From Octopus bimaculoides (lineage: Eukaryota), in NCBI RefSeq assembly GCF_001194135.2, contig NC_068984.1, positions 61,331,096 through 61,363,098 of the forward strand: a stretch of 32,003 nt of DNA. Direction: 5' to 3'. The notes under the pieces are model-generated. The model was not told where the DNA came from and ran no database searches. It saw only the letters and a list, made by a program, of their open reading frames with translations. Below are positions 11,969-22,400 of the stretch, piece after piece (the stretch's first letter is position 1; the number at the start of each line of letters is the position of its first letter). A program made the position numbers and the translations under genes.

Positions 11969-12551
11969 NNNNNNNNNNNNNNNNNNNNNNNNNNNNNNNN
12001 NNNNNNNNNNNNNNNNNNNNNNNNNNNNNNNNNNNNNNNNNNNNNNNNNNNNNNNNNNNNNNNNNNNNNNNNNNNNNNNNNNNNNNNNNNNNNNNNNNNN
12101 NNNNNNNNNNNNNNNNNNNNNNNNNNNNNNNNNNNNNNNNNNNNNNNNNNNNNNNNNNNNNNNNNNNNNNNNNNNNNNNNNNNNNNNNNNNNNNNNNNNN
12201 NNNNNNNNNNNNNNNNNNNNNNNNNNNNNNNNNNNNNNNNNNNNNNNNNNNNNNNNNNNNNNNNNNNNNNNNNNNNNNNNNNNNNNNNNNNNNNNNNNNN
12301 NNNNNNNNNNNNNNNNNNNNNNNNNNNNNNNNNNNNNNNNNNNNNNNNNNNNNNNNNNNNNNNNNNNNNNNNNNNNNNNNNNNNNNNNNNNNNNNNNNNN
12401 NNNNNNNNNNNNNNNNNNNNNNNNNNNNNNNNNNNNNNNNNNNNNNNNNNNNNNNNNNNNNNNNNNNNNNNNNNNNNNNNNNNNNNNNNNNNNNNNNNNN
12501 NNNNNNNNNNNNNNNNNNNNNNNNNNNNNNNNNNNNNNNNNNNNNNNNNNN

Positions 12552-12622
<71 letters not shown>

Positions 12623-12643
12623 GAGAGAGAGAGAGAGAGAGAG
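12552..12643. repeat. (AAT)n followed by (GA)n
   Basis: Directly visible. Confidence 0.95.
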
Positions 12644-12661
12644 TGGTCAGAAAAGTGACAG

Positions 12662-13113
12662 AATGTATGGACTAGTGCCGCTTTTGCTTTACATAAGAGG
12701 TAAAATAACTTGAAATCCAGGAAATTACTGCCTTAATTTTTGGCAAAGGGAAGTAACTCCCCAAGCTACTTAGCGAGACCTCGATTTCGGATTACTCTCA
12801 GTTAATTTTGCCTTTAGGTTCTAATTGCTAATAAACCACTCATTTTAATTTGTTGTTTACACATTTTCCATTTTGAAAGCACCACACATTTCCAACGGTT
12901 CTTGTTATACGACTGACAGAGTTAGTTGGGTTTAAACTATACATTAAGGGCCGCTGATGACGATTAAGATGGTTTACATCAAAATACGAAATCGCGATCC
13001 GGATATGTAGGCTGGAGACTTACCTCCCTTTGTCAGTCATTAAGACAGTGATTTCGTGGTTTTGAGTTAGTTTAACTCATACGTTTAGCAAAAGCAGTGC
13101 TAGTCAGTACGTT
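12662..13113. mobile_element. Foldback/MITE-like element with ~130-bp imperfect inverted arms
   Basis: 12721-12769 versus the reverse complement of 13007-13055 match 38/49; 12662-12700 versus the reverse complement of 13075-13113 match 28/39, both ungapped by hand. The spacer is ~190 bp. No target-site duplication seen. Confidence 0.7.
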
Positions 13114-13225
13114 GGGGCACAGCCATTAGCTTTGCCACACTTTCACTGACCTCTTCTGATATGTGGGATGTTTGATGTTACTGCGGCATAACGTTTCTTC
13201 ACGTTGCTGCCCTCATCCGCACCCA

Positions 13226-13242
13226 TGTATGTGTACATACAA

Positions 13243-13273
<31 letters not shown>

Positions 13274-13294
13274 TACACACTGGCACACACACAC

Positions 13295-13333
<39 letters not shown>
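13226..13333. repeat. (ACAT)n/(CA)n microsatellite
   Basis: Directly visible. Confidence 0.95.
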
Positions 13334-13344
13334 AATAATTCCAA

Positions 13345-13462
13345 CGTGAAAGGTGTTTATAAGCCATTAAAAAAAACACACAAAAACCGTTAGATTCAGT
13401 TCAGCGTTTAAATTTAATTTGCCAAAGTGTGTTTTTTGAATGGCTTATAAACACCTTCCACG
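13345..13462. mobile_element. 118-bp hairpin MITE-like element (copy 1)
   Basis: Terminal inverted repeats CGTG(A/G)AAGGTGTTTATAAGCCATT(A/C)AAAAAA(A)CACAC of about 36 bp, with 23/24 identity over the outer part and a ~45-bp spacer. Confidence 0.7.
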
Positions 13463-13767
13463 CAGCAATTGTTTTTGTTTCAGCACACGATCTCAGATCA
13501 GATCACTTGCTGTGAAAGTACATCTTCGTAATATATATATATATATACAGGGTGGTGCACAGAGGAGGGACTTTTTGAAAAATTCACAGAATCATTAATT
13601 TTAGATACNNNNNNNNNNNNNNNNNNNNNNNNNNNNNNNNNNNNNNNNNNNNNNNNNNNNNNNNNNNNNNNNNNNNNNNNNNNNNNNNNNNNNNNNNNNN
13701 NNNNNNNNNNNNNNNNNNNNNNNNNNNNNNNNNNNNNNNNNNNNNNNNNNNNNNNNNNNNNNNNNNN

Positions 13768-13801
<34 letters not shown>

Positions 13802-13812
13802 AATAATTCCAA

Positions 13813-13930
13813 CGTGAAAGGTGTTTATAAGCCATTAAAAAAAACACACAAAAACCGTTAGATTCAGTTCAGCGTTTAAATTTAATTTGCCAAAGTGTGT
13901 TTTTTGAATGGCTTATAAACACCTTCCACG
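13813..13930. mobile_element. 118-bp hairpin MITE-like element (copy 2, inside the gap-flanking duplication)
   Basis: Essentially identical to 13345-13462. Confidence 0.7.
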
Positions 13931-14015
13931 CAGCAATTGTTTTTGTTTCAGCACACGATCTCAGATCAGGTCACTTGCTGTGAAAGTACATCTTCGTAAT
14001 ATATATATCTATATA

Positions 14016-14839
14016 CAGGGTGGGGCACAGAGGAGGGACTTTTTGAAAAATTCACAGAATCATTAATTTTAGATACAAGCAAAGTTTATTGACACCGAAG
14101 TGTTTGTATTGAATTTGCGTTTGTGAACATCAAGATTGGAAAGAAGCGTTCATTATGTGGTGTATGTTTCCATTGATGCATCTGAAGGCGTTCTTGGAAG
14201 TTGGCCTCCTCTGTCTTCAGAAATGCTCTGTCGATTTGTGCAACACAGCTCTCTCAGATTTTCAAGAGACCAATAACGACAGTTCTGTTGATTCACCATG
14301 CCATTGAGATGAAAATGAGGTTGTCATTTGCCTCAAAAATTGTCTCCATCTGACGTGCGAAGTTAAGCCGCTGTGACTACTCCCATCGTTTCAACTGTTG
14401 CCCAATGACCAATGCTTGCGGGTGGAATTGCAGGTATTCATGCAAAATACGCCTTACTGATCGATTTCCGATGCGGCGTTCAGTGGAATGCCTCCGCGTT
14501 CCATATTTCCCAGGCTCCGTACCGTTTGTGGCACCCTCACCAAATTCCTATTCATTAGTGTACTGCGTATACGAAATGCATTCACCCAACGTAAGATTGT
14601 GTTACGAACGGAACAACATGATTTCGGTGAGTGTTAAAGTGGTACCCAATCTCATACTGAACTGCTGTGACAGACTCAAACACACGATATCCTATCCTCC
14701 AAAGTCTGATGGTTTCACCTGAGCAGAAAAAAAAATGTTATGACACCATGGACCGAATGGCAACTGTAGGACATATGTCACGCCCTCGAGGGCTGAGTTA
14801 CAGCCATTTCAAAAACGTCTGTCTTCTCTGCCCCTCCTG
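14016..14839 (-). mobile_element. Tc1/mariner-superfamily element, rosa/DD41D-like, internally deleted
   Basis: TA-flanked decayed TIRs (CAGGGTGGGGCACAGAGGAGGGACTTTTTGAAA vs CAGGAGGGGCAGAGAAGACAGACGTTTTTGAAA). Frameshifted minus-strand peptides RNTILRWVNAFR, RSVRRILHEYLQFHP and HFHLNGMVNQQNCRYW, then the C-terminal ANFQERLQM. The second and third catalytic Asp region is absent. Confidence 0.85.
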
Positions 14840-14934
14840 TATATATATATATATATATATTATATGATATCTACTACAATCAACAATTTACAGACACAGT
14901 CAAACACAACAACCAATCATGTTTTATGTTTTAT

Positions 14935-15140
14935 TTCTACCTTTTCTTCGTGTGTGTGCGTATGTGTGTCTGTATTTTTGTGTCTCTGTGTGTATGTATA
15001 TGTATGATATGTGTGTATATGTTTGTGTCTGAAAGGCAGATACAGAGTGAAAGAAAGAGACATAAAGAGAGAGAATGAGAGAGAGAAAGAGAGTGAGGAA
15101 AGAGAAAGAGAGTGAGAAGAGAGAAGAGTAGATGATGGAG
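14935..15140. repeat. (GT)/(AT)-rich and (GA)-rich low-complexity tract
   Basis: Directly visible. Confidence 0.85.
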
Positions 15141-15369
15141 CAGAGTAGAAGCTCCGGGAGTCGACTTGAGGAAAAATGGAGATGGAAACTCAGGCGGGGG
15201 CTAATATCGTTTTGCATTCTTATTTTGAGAAATCTAAATCCTGTGAAATAGTCCTTGAAGGTAGAGTATCTGTTATAATTTTCTTCAATTCGTTTTGAAG
15301 TATTTACCATCAGAACAATTAAGCTCACTGAAACCTGCCAAGAAGTAGATGTTTCAGCTCCACAGTCAC

Positions 15370-16691
15370 AAAGAAAAGCAGTTATAGACAATATTTAAAT
15401 TGTAGCCGCTTCACTCGCCAATATACAAGTTTTCCAATCACATCTTGGAAGACATTTAGAAGTATTGGAAGAGATTTCGTTTTTAGTTCATTTCACCTTC
15501 AAATTATTTAATGTATAATTTTTTTTTCAGATAACCCTTTCAAGACATCGTGATAACTCAAGAAATGAGAAAACATGCTGTCATAGCTGCTATACATGCA
15601 AACCACAGTGATTTAGAAATTAGCAACTTTCTAAATGTTGCAAGATCCTATGTACACAAACTTCGGTTGAAATTGGAGGCACTTGATGATAATAGTTCAC
15701 CTCTATTAAAGAGACAAAATCATTCACAACGCTCAGATACTAAAAGGACACCAGAATTTATACATGTTCAAAACATTATCGATGAAAACCCCAGAAGACC
15801 AATTAGGTCAATCGCTAAGAAACCTCAGGTGTCAGAGTGGACTATCAGAACCGCGGTACATCGTGACATTCGATACAAGTCCTATGTAATGAAGAACGGT
15901 TTTCCTGTGTCTGTAAAGACACAGGAAACCGTCTCATCCGTTTAAAACGGTTACTTAACAAAGCGAAAAAACCCTCATGAACAAAGCATGCTTTGGTTTT
16001 TCTCGGACGAAAATATCTTTGACCAGGATCAAAAGTCTAACAGAACAAATGATATGTGGTTATATGCAGATCCTTCTAAAGTACCCAGAGTGATACACAC
16101 GAAATTTCCAGCAACTGTAATGGTTTTAGGAATGGTGAGTAGCGAAGATCATGTGATGTCTCCCCACTTTTTTCCACAGGGTCTTAAAATTAATGCTGCA
16201 GGATACATTGAGGTGCTAGAAACTGTTATCAAGCCATGTATTGACGAAGGCCATACATGTTGCAACAAGACTCAGCACCTCACAGAGACTAGTCACCCAA
16301 GAATGGTTCTCAGATAATTTTTACGATTATGCAACACCCAATATGTGGCCTCCAAACTTGTCAGATTTGAACCTCATGGACTACTACGTGTTGAGCGCTG
16401 TTGAAAGAGAGACTAATCGTCATCCTCATAATACCATAGCTTCACTGAAGGCCGCCATTGTGCAGGTGATGTCCGAAATTAATAGGAACCATATTCTGTC
16501 AGCATGCCAGCGGTTTCGGTCCCGGAGTGAAACAGTCATCGAAGCCGAAGGCGGTTTCATAGAATAATTTGCTTAAAAAATAATCATCAAGACTAATTGC
16601 ACAAATGTTTATTCAAATTCATATCTATTTATGCTGAAATATAGCTATTTTATTGTATACCAAAATTGTCCTCAAATACCGCTGGCACCCG
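15370..16691 (+). mobile_element. DD37D (maT/Bmmar1-like) DNA transposon, near full length
   Basis: Right TIR ...AAAATTGTCCTCAAATACCGCTGGCACCCG is clear; the left TIR is decayed (AGCAGTTATAGACAATATT at ~15377-15395). It contains the transposase pseudogene listed next. Confidence 0.9.
15550..16567 (+). pseudogene. maT/DD37D transposase pseudogene split by frameshifts (15550-15945, 15988-16317, 16241-16567)
   Basis: N-terminal HTH region, WFFSDE (Asp 1), out-of-frame GRPYMLQQDSAP (Asp 2), WPPNLSDLNLMDYY (Asp 3) and C-terminal VIEAEGGFIE. Repairing the small indels gives 37 residues between Asp 2 and Asp 3 by my count. Confidence 0.9.
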
Positions 16692-18108
16692 TTAGATTAT
16701 CATTTTATTCAGGCTAGATATAGAGTTTTCTGTCCTCTGCCTACGCCATAAAAGTTAGGCCGTGACATAGGTTTTCTAATATTTCGTGATTCAATAATGG
16801 TTTTACTATCAGTTTCTGAGCATTAGTGAGTATAGAATTGTCTTTTCGTGCAACGATAAATGCTATTACATCTAATTAAAAGTGCTCATAGATTTACTAT
16901 AGGGAGTTTTACTGTCACTTTAAGATGCTTAAGCTGAGGAAACAAAGGATAAGTATAATGAATTAGTACGTCTTTTACATTCTCATTCATTTGTTATTTT
17001 GCCGGAATCTCATGTTCATTAGCAACTGAGTTGAAATACATGTTAAGTTGCTTTTAGATTTTGAAGTTCACACATTTCTATCAATTCCTGTTCTTATATT
17101 AATTAGAAAATTAATTATATTTAGAGACATATAATTGCAAAATATACCGATATAGTCTCTTCAATGCTTGCCCATCGCTTTTGTTAGGCTTCTTAGAGAA
17201 GATAGTAGATAGAATGTATCTTTACAAAGAAAATTTTAATGAATTTAATGTGAAATGAATCATCTATATTTAATTGAAATGAAGAGAAACTAATGACTCG
17301 GATAAACATTTTATAAATTCATTTAGAATATTTTGCAATATATCATTTAATGAAGATTGAGTTGTTTATGTCAATAACGTATATTTATATAATAGTTTCC
17401 ACACACTTGGATATGAATAGAAAATGTTCTATATTATAGTTATTAAGTGAAATTAAACACCGTAAGCATTTACGATAAACATATTTGTCTGCACGTCAAG
17501 TGTAGATAGATAATAACGTCTATAGTATAAGATTTATAAATTAACTATAATACTAGTGACCCATCGGCTTTCGTCTAATTACCTTGCTACTGATGATAAA
17601 TGCAAAAATTATTTTCATTTCAGAACGATCTAAACATCTTTGTCCCTACAGGACTGGTGCTTTATCGACTTTTGAACGATGAATATTTAAACGAATAATG
17701 ACAAGGCGCAAAAGTCGTACACTAAAGCTATATCATCCAATTGTCTCTCGACCTACCACGTATATTGTTTCCTTAAATTATTTAACTGCTAACTTATAAT
17801 TACATTAAATGATATTGAACATCTTGGATACGTCATATACAGAAATGAATAAAATCCAGAGCGTTATGAATTGCCATTCGCCAATAGGGAATTAATTATC
17901 AACTTCATCATTTTGTGGTATTGTTGAGGTGTTCAGAGATCTTAGATACGATGGGAAGTGAATTTGTAAAAGGTGACTGCTGTAAAAGCTGTCGCTCGTG
18001 GTGAATAGTAGAGATGTGTTGAAATTATTAAAAACATTATGTATGTAGTTAGTGTGTCTGCGTATTCCATTTCTGAATAGATTTTGAATAATTTTTTTCT
18101 GTTTCCAG

Positions 18109-18177
18109 GTGAACTCCAATATGTGGTTAAAGTTCAGTTCTCAAGCGTCCTAACTTTACGTAACTTACAACCGATAG
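18109..18177 (+). CDS. Candidate short exon (phase 1 to 1), unidentified
   Basis: Strong acceptor atttttttctgtttccag|G; open frame (G)ELQYVVKVQFSSVLTLRNLQPI(G); weak donor AG|gttcaa, or C|gtaact at 18159. Confidence 0.25.
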
Positions 18178-19058
18178 GTTCAATTTATTACTAAATCAAA
18201 TAACCTGAAATAGAGTATGTGTGTATTTGTGAGTGAGAGATAGATTGATAGATAGATAGATATAGAGAGAGACGGACAGAGTGTGTGTATAGAAATTTGG
18301 ATTTACTATTGGCAATACAGATCTTAGCTACTTAATGCGGTGAAGAAGCGATTTATAGAACATACATGACTTAAGAACATCATTTTCGGTATATCAGAAC
18401 ATGTGTGATCTAAACGGAAAAGATAGATCCTTGTAGAAAAAAAACTCCTTATACAAGCATTTGTTTTGAGAAGGAATTGAAATTTTGCTGTGTCATCATT
18501 CATTTGGAATTTACGAAGTCTACGAAATATATATTTTAGTAAATAAAAAAATAAAACACATTCTCTGAATCTGTATCGACGTTATTGATTTAATCTCTAG
18601 TTATTCGGGTTCAAGTTAAAGTTTTATACATATTTATCAAGTCAGGATCTTATCTATTTTATGTATTGCATGTTGTATTTTAAAGACACTTGAATGTGTA
18701 AAGATAATGTAAACACTAGATCATAAAGTGTCTGAACTATTTTCACTTAAACGTGAAACGCATGAAATATTATAAGAGGATAGAAAGAAAGGCTTATTAT
18801 TCCATGCTTTAACTTAAAGACAACAATGTTTTAAATAAAATAAACTTCAACTAAGGATAGAAGCATTTTGTGAATACAAATAGTGTTTATAATAGATATT
18901 AGTATTATCAATGTGGTGTAGTATAGTTTACATGAAACATTACCTGATAGTTATATTTAAAAAAATAATATTTTTCATAAACCCGAAACAATGAAAGTTA
19001 TAAGAAATAGAATACAGGTCCATAGCTTGTACTTTTAGCTTGTATTTCAATGTTTCAG

Positions 19059-19096
19059 GATTAGGAACACTTCTTCAGGAAATTGTTGGAGAAAAG
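19059..19096 (+). CDS. Candidate short exon (phase 1 to 0), unidentified
   Basis: Acceptor gtatttcaatgtttcag|G and donor AAG|gtgttg; reads (G)LGTLLQEIVGEK and is phase-compatible with 18109-18177. Confidence 0.25.
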
Positions 19097-19610
19097 GTGT
19101 TGTTAGTTGATTTCTCTTTTCTAGAAAAAAATATTGACGTACAATGTAAAAGTAAAAGTCATCGACGTGCATTTTTTAAATAGCATTGTTTTGAATTAAC
19201 GATTAAAATAAACATCATTGCTATGTGCACGTGCGCATTTGTGCGTGCGTGCATATGTATATATTGGTAATATTTCTATTTAAAGGTATCCGTGGAAAGA
19301 AACTACAGGAAAAAAACATGAATCAATTTACGTTTAATTTTGGCATAAATGAAATAGTGTGTACAGATAACCGTTATTCTGGATATCTAAAACAATATAC
19401 TTTTAAAAGTAAACATTATAGGAAAATCGAAATAGATTTATAAGGACTTGTTGCTAAATAACTTGCAATGGCTTAAAACAGTAAATATTCATTGATATAG
19501 TAGTGTATAGAAACCACCGAAAGCATATAAAGATATTCAAATTAGATATATTTTGGAATTGCAACTGAGCCTGCAATTCATAATTTATTATAAGCATTTA
19601 ATTTAAGTAA

Positions 19611-19613
<3 letters not shown>

Positions 19614-19680
<67 letters not shown>
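19614..19680. repeat. (CA)n microsatellite
   Basis: Directly visible. Confidence 0.97.
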
Positions 19681-19683
<3 letters not shown>

Positions 19684-20310
19684 TGTTTCTATATAAGCAG
19701 TTGTAATGCTGTAACATTATTGGAAAGATTCTCAGAATTTATGTATTGAGATGCATTTCTTCTATGAAAAAATGTTAACTGTAATAAATTGGAGTATATA
19801 TGTGTTAGGAAGCTCATCTAAGCCTGTGCAAATTCACTAACACCGTCAAAAATTGTTTTTCTTTCCTTGTAAACCTTTCCAATTCAACACTTATTGTAAA
19901 GACATGATTAGGGAGGAAAATTCAGAAGGCCTGTCTAATTAAAAGCTACTGAACTACGATATGACACACCTCAACACTACACAACTTCATTTATTAATTA
20001 TCTTTATTATGCAGACAGTTATAAAATACCAGATATGAAAGTTCTGGTGATCGCCTGCAAAAAAACATTTATGTTCACTGGGCATAATGATTATTTCGAG
20101 ACCTGGCAGGATAGACACAGGAAACATAACGAGAGCGGTTGAGATGGGAAAATCTAGACTACCTCATTTGCGTATCGTGAGTTGCGTATCCGAGGAGCAG
20201 AAACTTTTATAACACCGGTAGGAAAAACACACAGGACTACGTGACAGTAATAAATTTATACAAATCTGTTGGGTTGGGTCTTTGCTGAATGCTGTTCAGT
20301 TAGCATGTAG

Positions 20311-20312
20311 GT

Positions 20313-20360
<48 letters not shown>

Positions 20361-20402
20361 GTGTGTGTGCGTGTGTTTGTATGTGTGTATGTATGTGTGT
20401 GT
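20311..20402. repeat. (GT)n(GA)n(GT)n microsatellite
   Basis: Directly visible. Confidence 0.95.
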
Positions 20403-20698
20403 AAATGTTGGCCGTATTTATCTCGTCCGAGGTGTGAGAGTAGTATTTCATTGAAGACACATGTTGGTAAAAAAGGCGTGTGTGTTCTCTCGATGTTGAA
20501 TAAGACAGTATTTGTATGCCTCTAGTGGGTTTTCCTTCGAGGTTTCTGATCACAAATAGGGACATCTTTGGCGTGTTGGAGCAGGCTGACTCGAGAGTTG
20601 ATGGTGTATGCTTCGAGAATGTTTGAGAGATAGGAAAGACTGTTACCTGTAGTCGTTTTTGGTCATGGCGATAAATATGATATTGATACATGTATACG

Positions 20699-21075
20699 AG
20701 AGTGGAGGCGCAGTGGCCCAGTGGTTAGGGCAGCGGACTCGTGGTTGTAGGATCGCGGTTTCGATTCCCAGACCGGGTGTTGTGAGTGTTTATTGAGCGA
20801 AAACACCTAAAACTCCACGAGGCTCCGGCAGGGGATGGTGGTGAACCCTGCTGTACTCTTCCACCACAACTTTCTCTCACCCTTACTTCCTGTTTCTGTT
20901 GTGCCTGTAATTCAAAGGGTCAGCCTTGTCACACTGTGTCACGCTGAATATCCCCGAGAATTACGTTAAGGGTACACGTGTCTGTGGAGTGCTCAGCCAC
21001 TTGCACGTTAATTTCACGAGCAGGCTGTTCCGTTGATCGGATCAACTGGAACCCTTGACGTCAACAACAACAACA
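20699..21075 (+). mobile_element. Full-length tRNA-derived SINE (third family) with (CAA)n tail and 11-bp target-site duplication
   Basis: A box TGGCCCAGTGG with an intact GCCC/GGGC D-stem, B box GGTTTCGATTCC and a (CAA)5 tail. ACATGTATACG is directly repeated at 20688-20698 and 21076-21086. Confidence 0.92.
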
Positions 21076-22249
21076 ACATGTATACGTACATACATACTTA
21101 CACACACATACACACAGACACATACACACAATATTTAGATGCTTATTCCAAATTAATATAACTACTATATGTATCGTGAATCCTTTAAAAATGATTTTTT
21201 TTCTCCCCTTGATATCTCGGAAGAGTGGATATGCATCTTTAATATGTTTATCATTATCAATTTCATTTAAATGGGATGCATAATTCATGAAACGATCGTA
21301 AGAATTTTAAATATCTTCATATTCTCTTCTGTATATTATTATTTAATCATTAATATAGTATTACACTTCTATATATCAATATATCTTTTATTGTGATTAT
21401 TCCAAATATAACCTTTCCATTCTCTCGTATGCTTTAATATATATACAGGAGATAATGCTGGACTAACTAGAATCAGGAGGAGGCTTGGGTTGATATAAGG
21501 GATACAAAGATGACCTTTAACACAAACAGAAACAGTGCTATATTATAAGAAGCTACTGATTCCAGAGATGAGCGATTTCAAAGATATCTCATCCTCTCAG
21601 TGTTTTATCAAACGCCACCGTATTAAAGCTCTGTTAGAGATTTAGTGAAAAAAAAAGAGTTGTTACAAAGCAGTCATAGAAACTATTACTATGTACATGT
21701 GATATGTAATTTAATTTACAATTGTAATTTTGATGTCAAATAAATTACAAAACAGCTTTGATGTAATGTTATATAAATTGATTTCTTCATCATTCTACTC
21801 GATTTGTGAGGATAATATATTCTTTATTATGTTTCTACCACTTAGAAAATGTCAATCTAATCAAGGAATAAGAATATGATTTGGTTATTTGGTTATTTAT
21901 TACTTTCATTTAAATATGATTAGCTAAAATTCATGGATGTCTGCTTAGAGCAAACAGAATATGTTGCTTGTAGTTATGTGAATTTAAGAAGTCAACTTTA
22001 TGTTTTACTAGTTCGATAGATTGAATATATATCATTCCGTTCAATTCCTACTTATTGCTGTTGAATTTGCAATATGAAATGGTGTAACAAAAATGGTATA
22101 ACGAAAGAGCTATTTCTCTGAATGCTCTACCTATTCACTTAGCCAATCTTTGAGCATGTGCTAATTGAAAGAAGAAAATCATTTAAAGAATTTTATGCGG
22201 ACGTAAATATTAGGATCTAATAAGTCTGTTAATGTTTACGTCGTTCTTT

Positions 22250-22400
22250 GTTAAGAGCGGCAGATAAAAAAAAATCGCTGAAGCGTTGGAGGAAACAGTA
22301 ACCTGACGTTTTAGTTACGTCTATTTATTTTCTGAGCTCACTTCAATCTAAATTGTTATCCTTCTATAAAAGATGAAATAAGTACCATCAACTGGAACCG
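22250..22400 (+). mobile_element. Very decayed SINE of the 5213/26650 family
   Basis: Residual GGCAGA..., TTCTGAGCTCA, ATCCTT and GATGAAATAAGTACCA segments in the expected order. Confidence 0.4.

Larger units (their letters stand above)
13300..14075. repeat. ~300-bp near-identical direct duplication across an N gap (13300-13608 vs 13768-14075), probably uncollapsed alleles or contig overlap
   Basis: Same sequence on both sides of the gap with only a few differences (cagatcac/caggtcac, ggtggtgcac/ggtggggcac, TA-run length). The first copy ends exactly at the gap. Confidence 0.8.

Noticed and set aside
12954-12995. CTGATGA...GAAA hammerhead-ribozyme-like core
   Set aside because: Stem II would close with a C:C mismatch, the GAAA is sequestered by a CGATT/AATCG pairing, and no stems I or III were found.
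13016-13042. Minus-strand ATGACTGACAAAGGGAG|GTAAGT first-exon-like signal
   Set aside because: It lies within the foldback arm and has a counterpart in the other arm, so it is explained by the repeat.
17551-17576. Helitron-like 3' end on the minus strand (GACGAAAGCCGATGGGTCACTAG|T)
   Set aside because: The hairpin is poor and no 5' TC end or body was recognised.
20647-20670. Minus-strand GCCATGACC...CAG|GTAACA (Kozak-like start plus donor)
   Set aside because: There is no upstream acceptor or promoter evidence even after removing the SINE, and no compatible downstream exon was found.
20704-20776. tRNA gene
   Set aside because: The acceptor and anticodon stems do not pair properly, and it continues into a SINE body with tail and TSD.
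21430-21650. pogo/Tigger CENP-B-like relic (DFKDISSSQCFIKRHRI)
   Set aside because: It is a single weak motif with no TIR pair confirmed.
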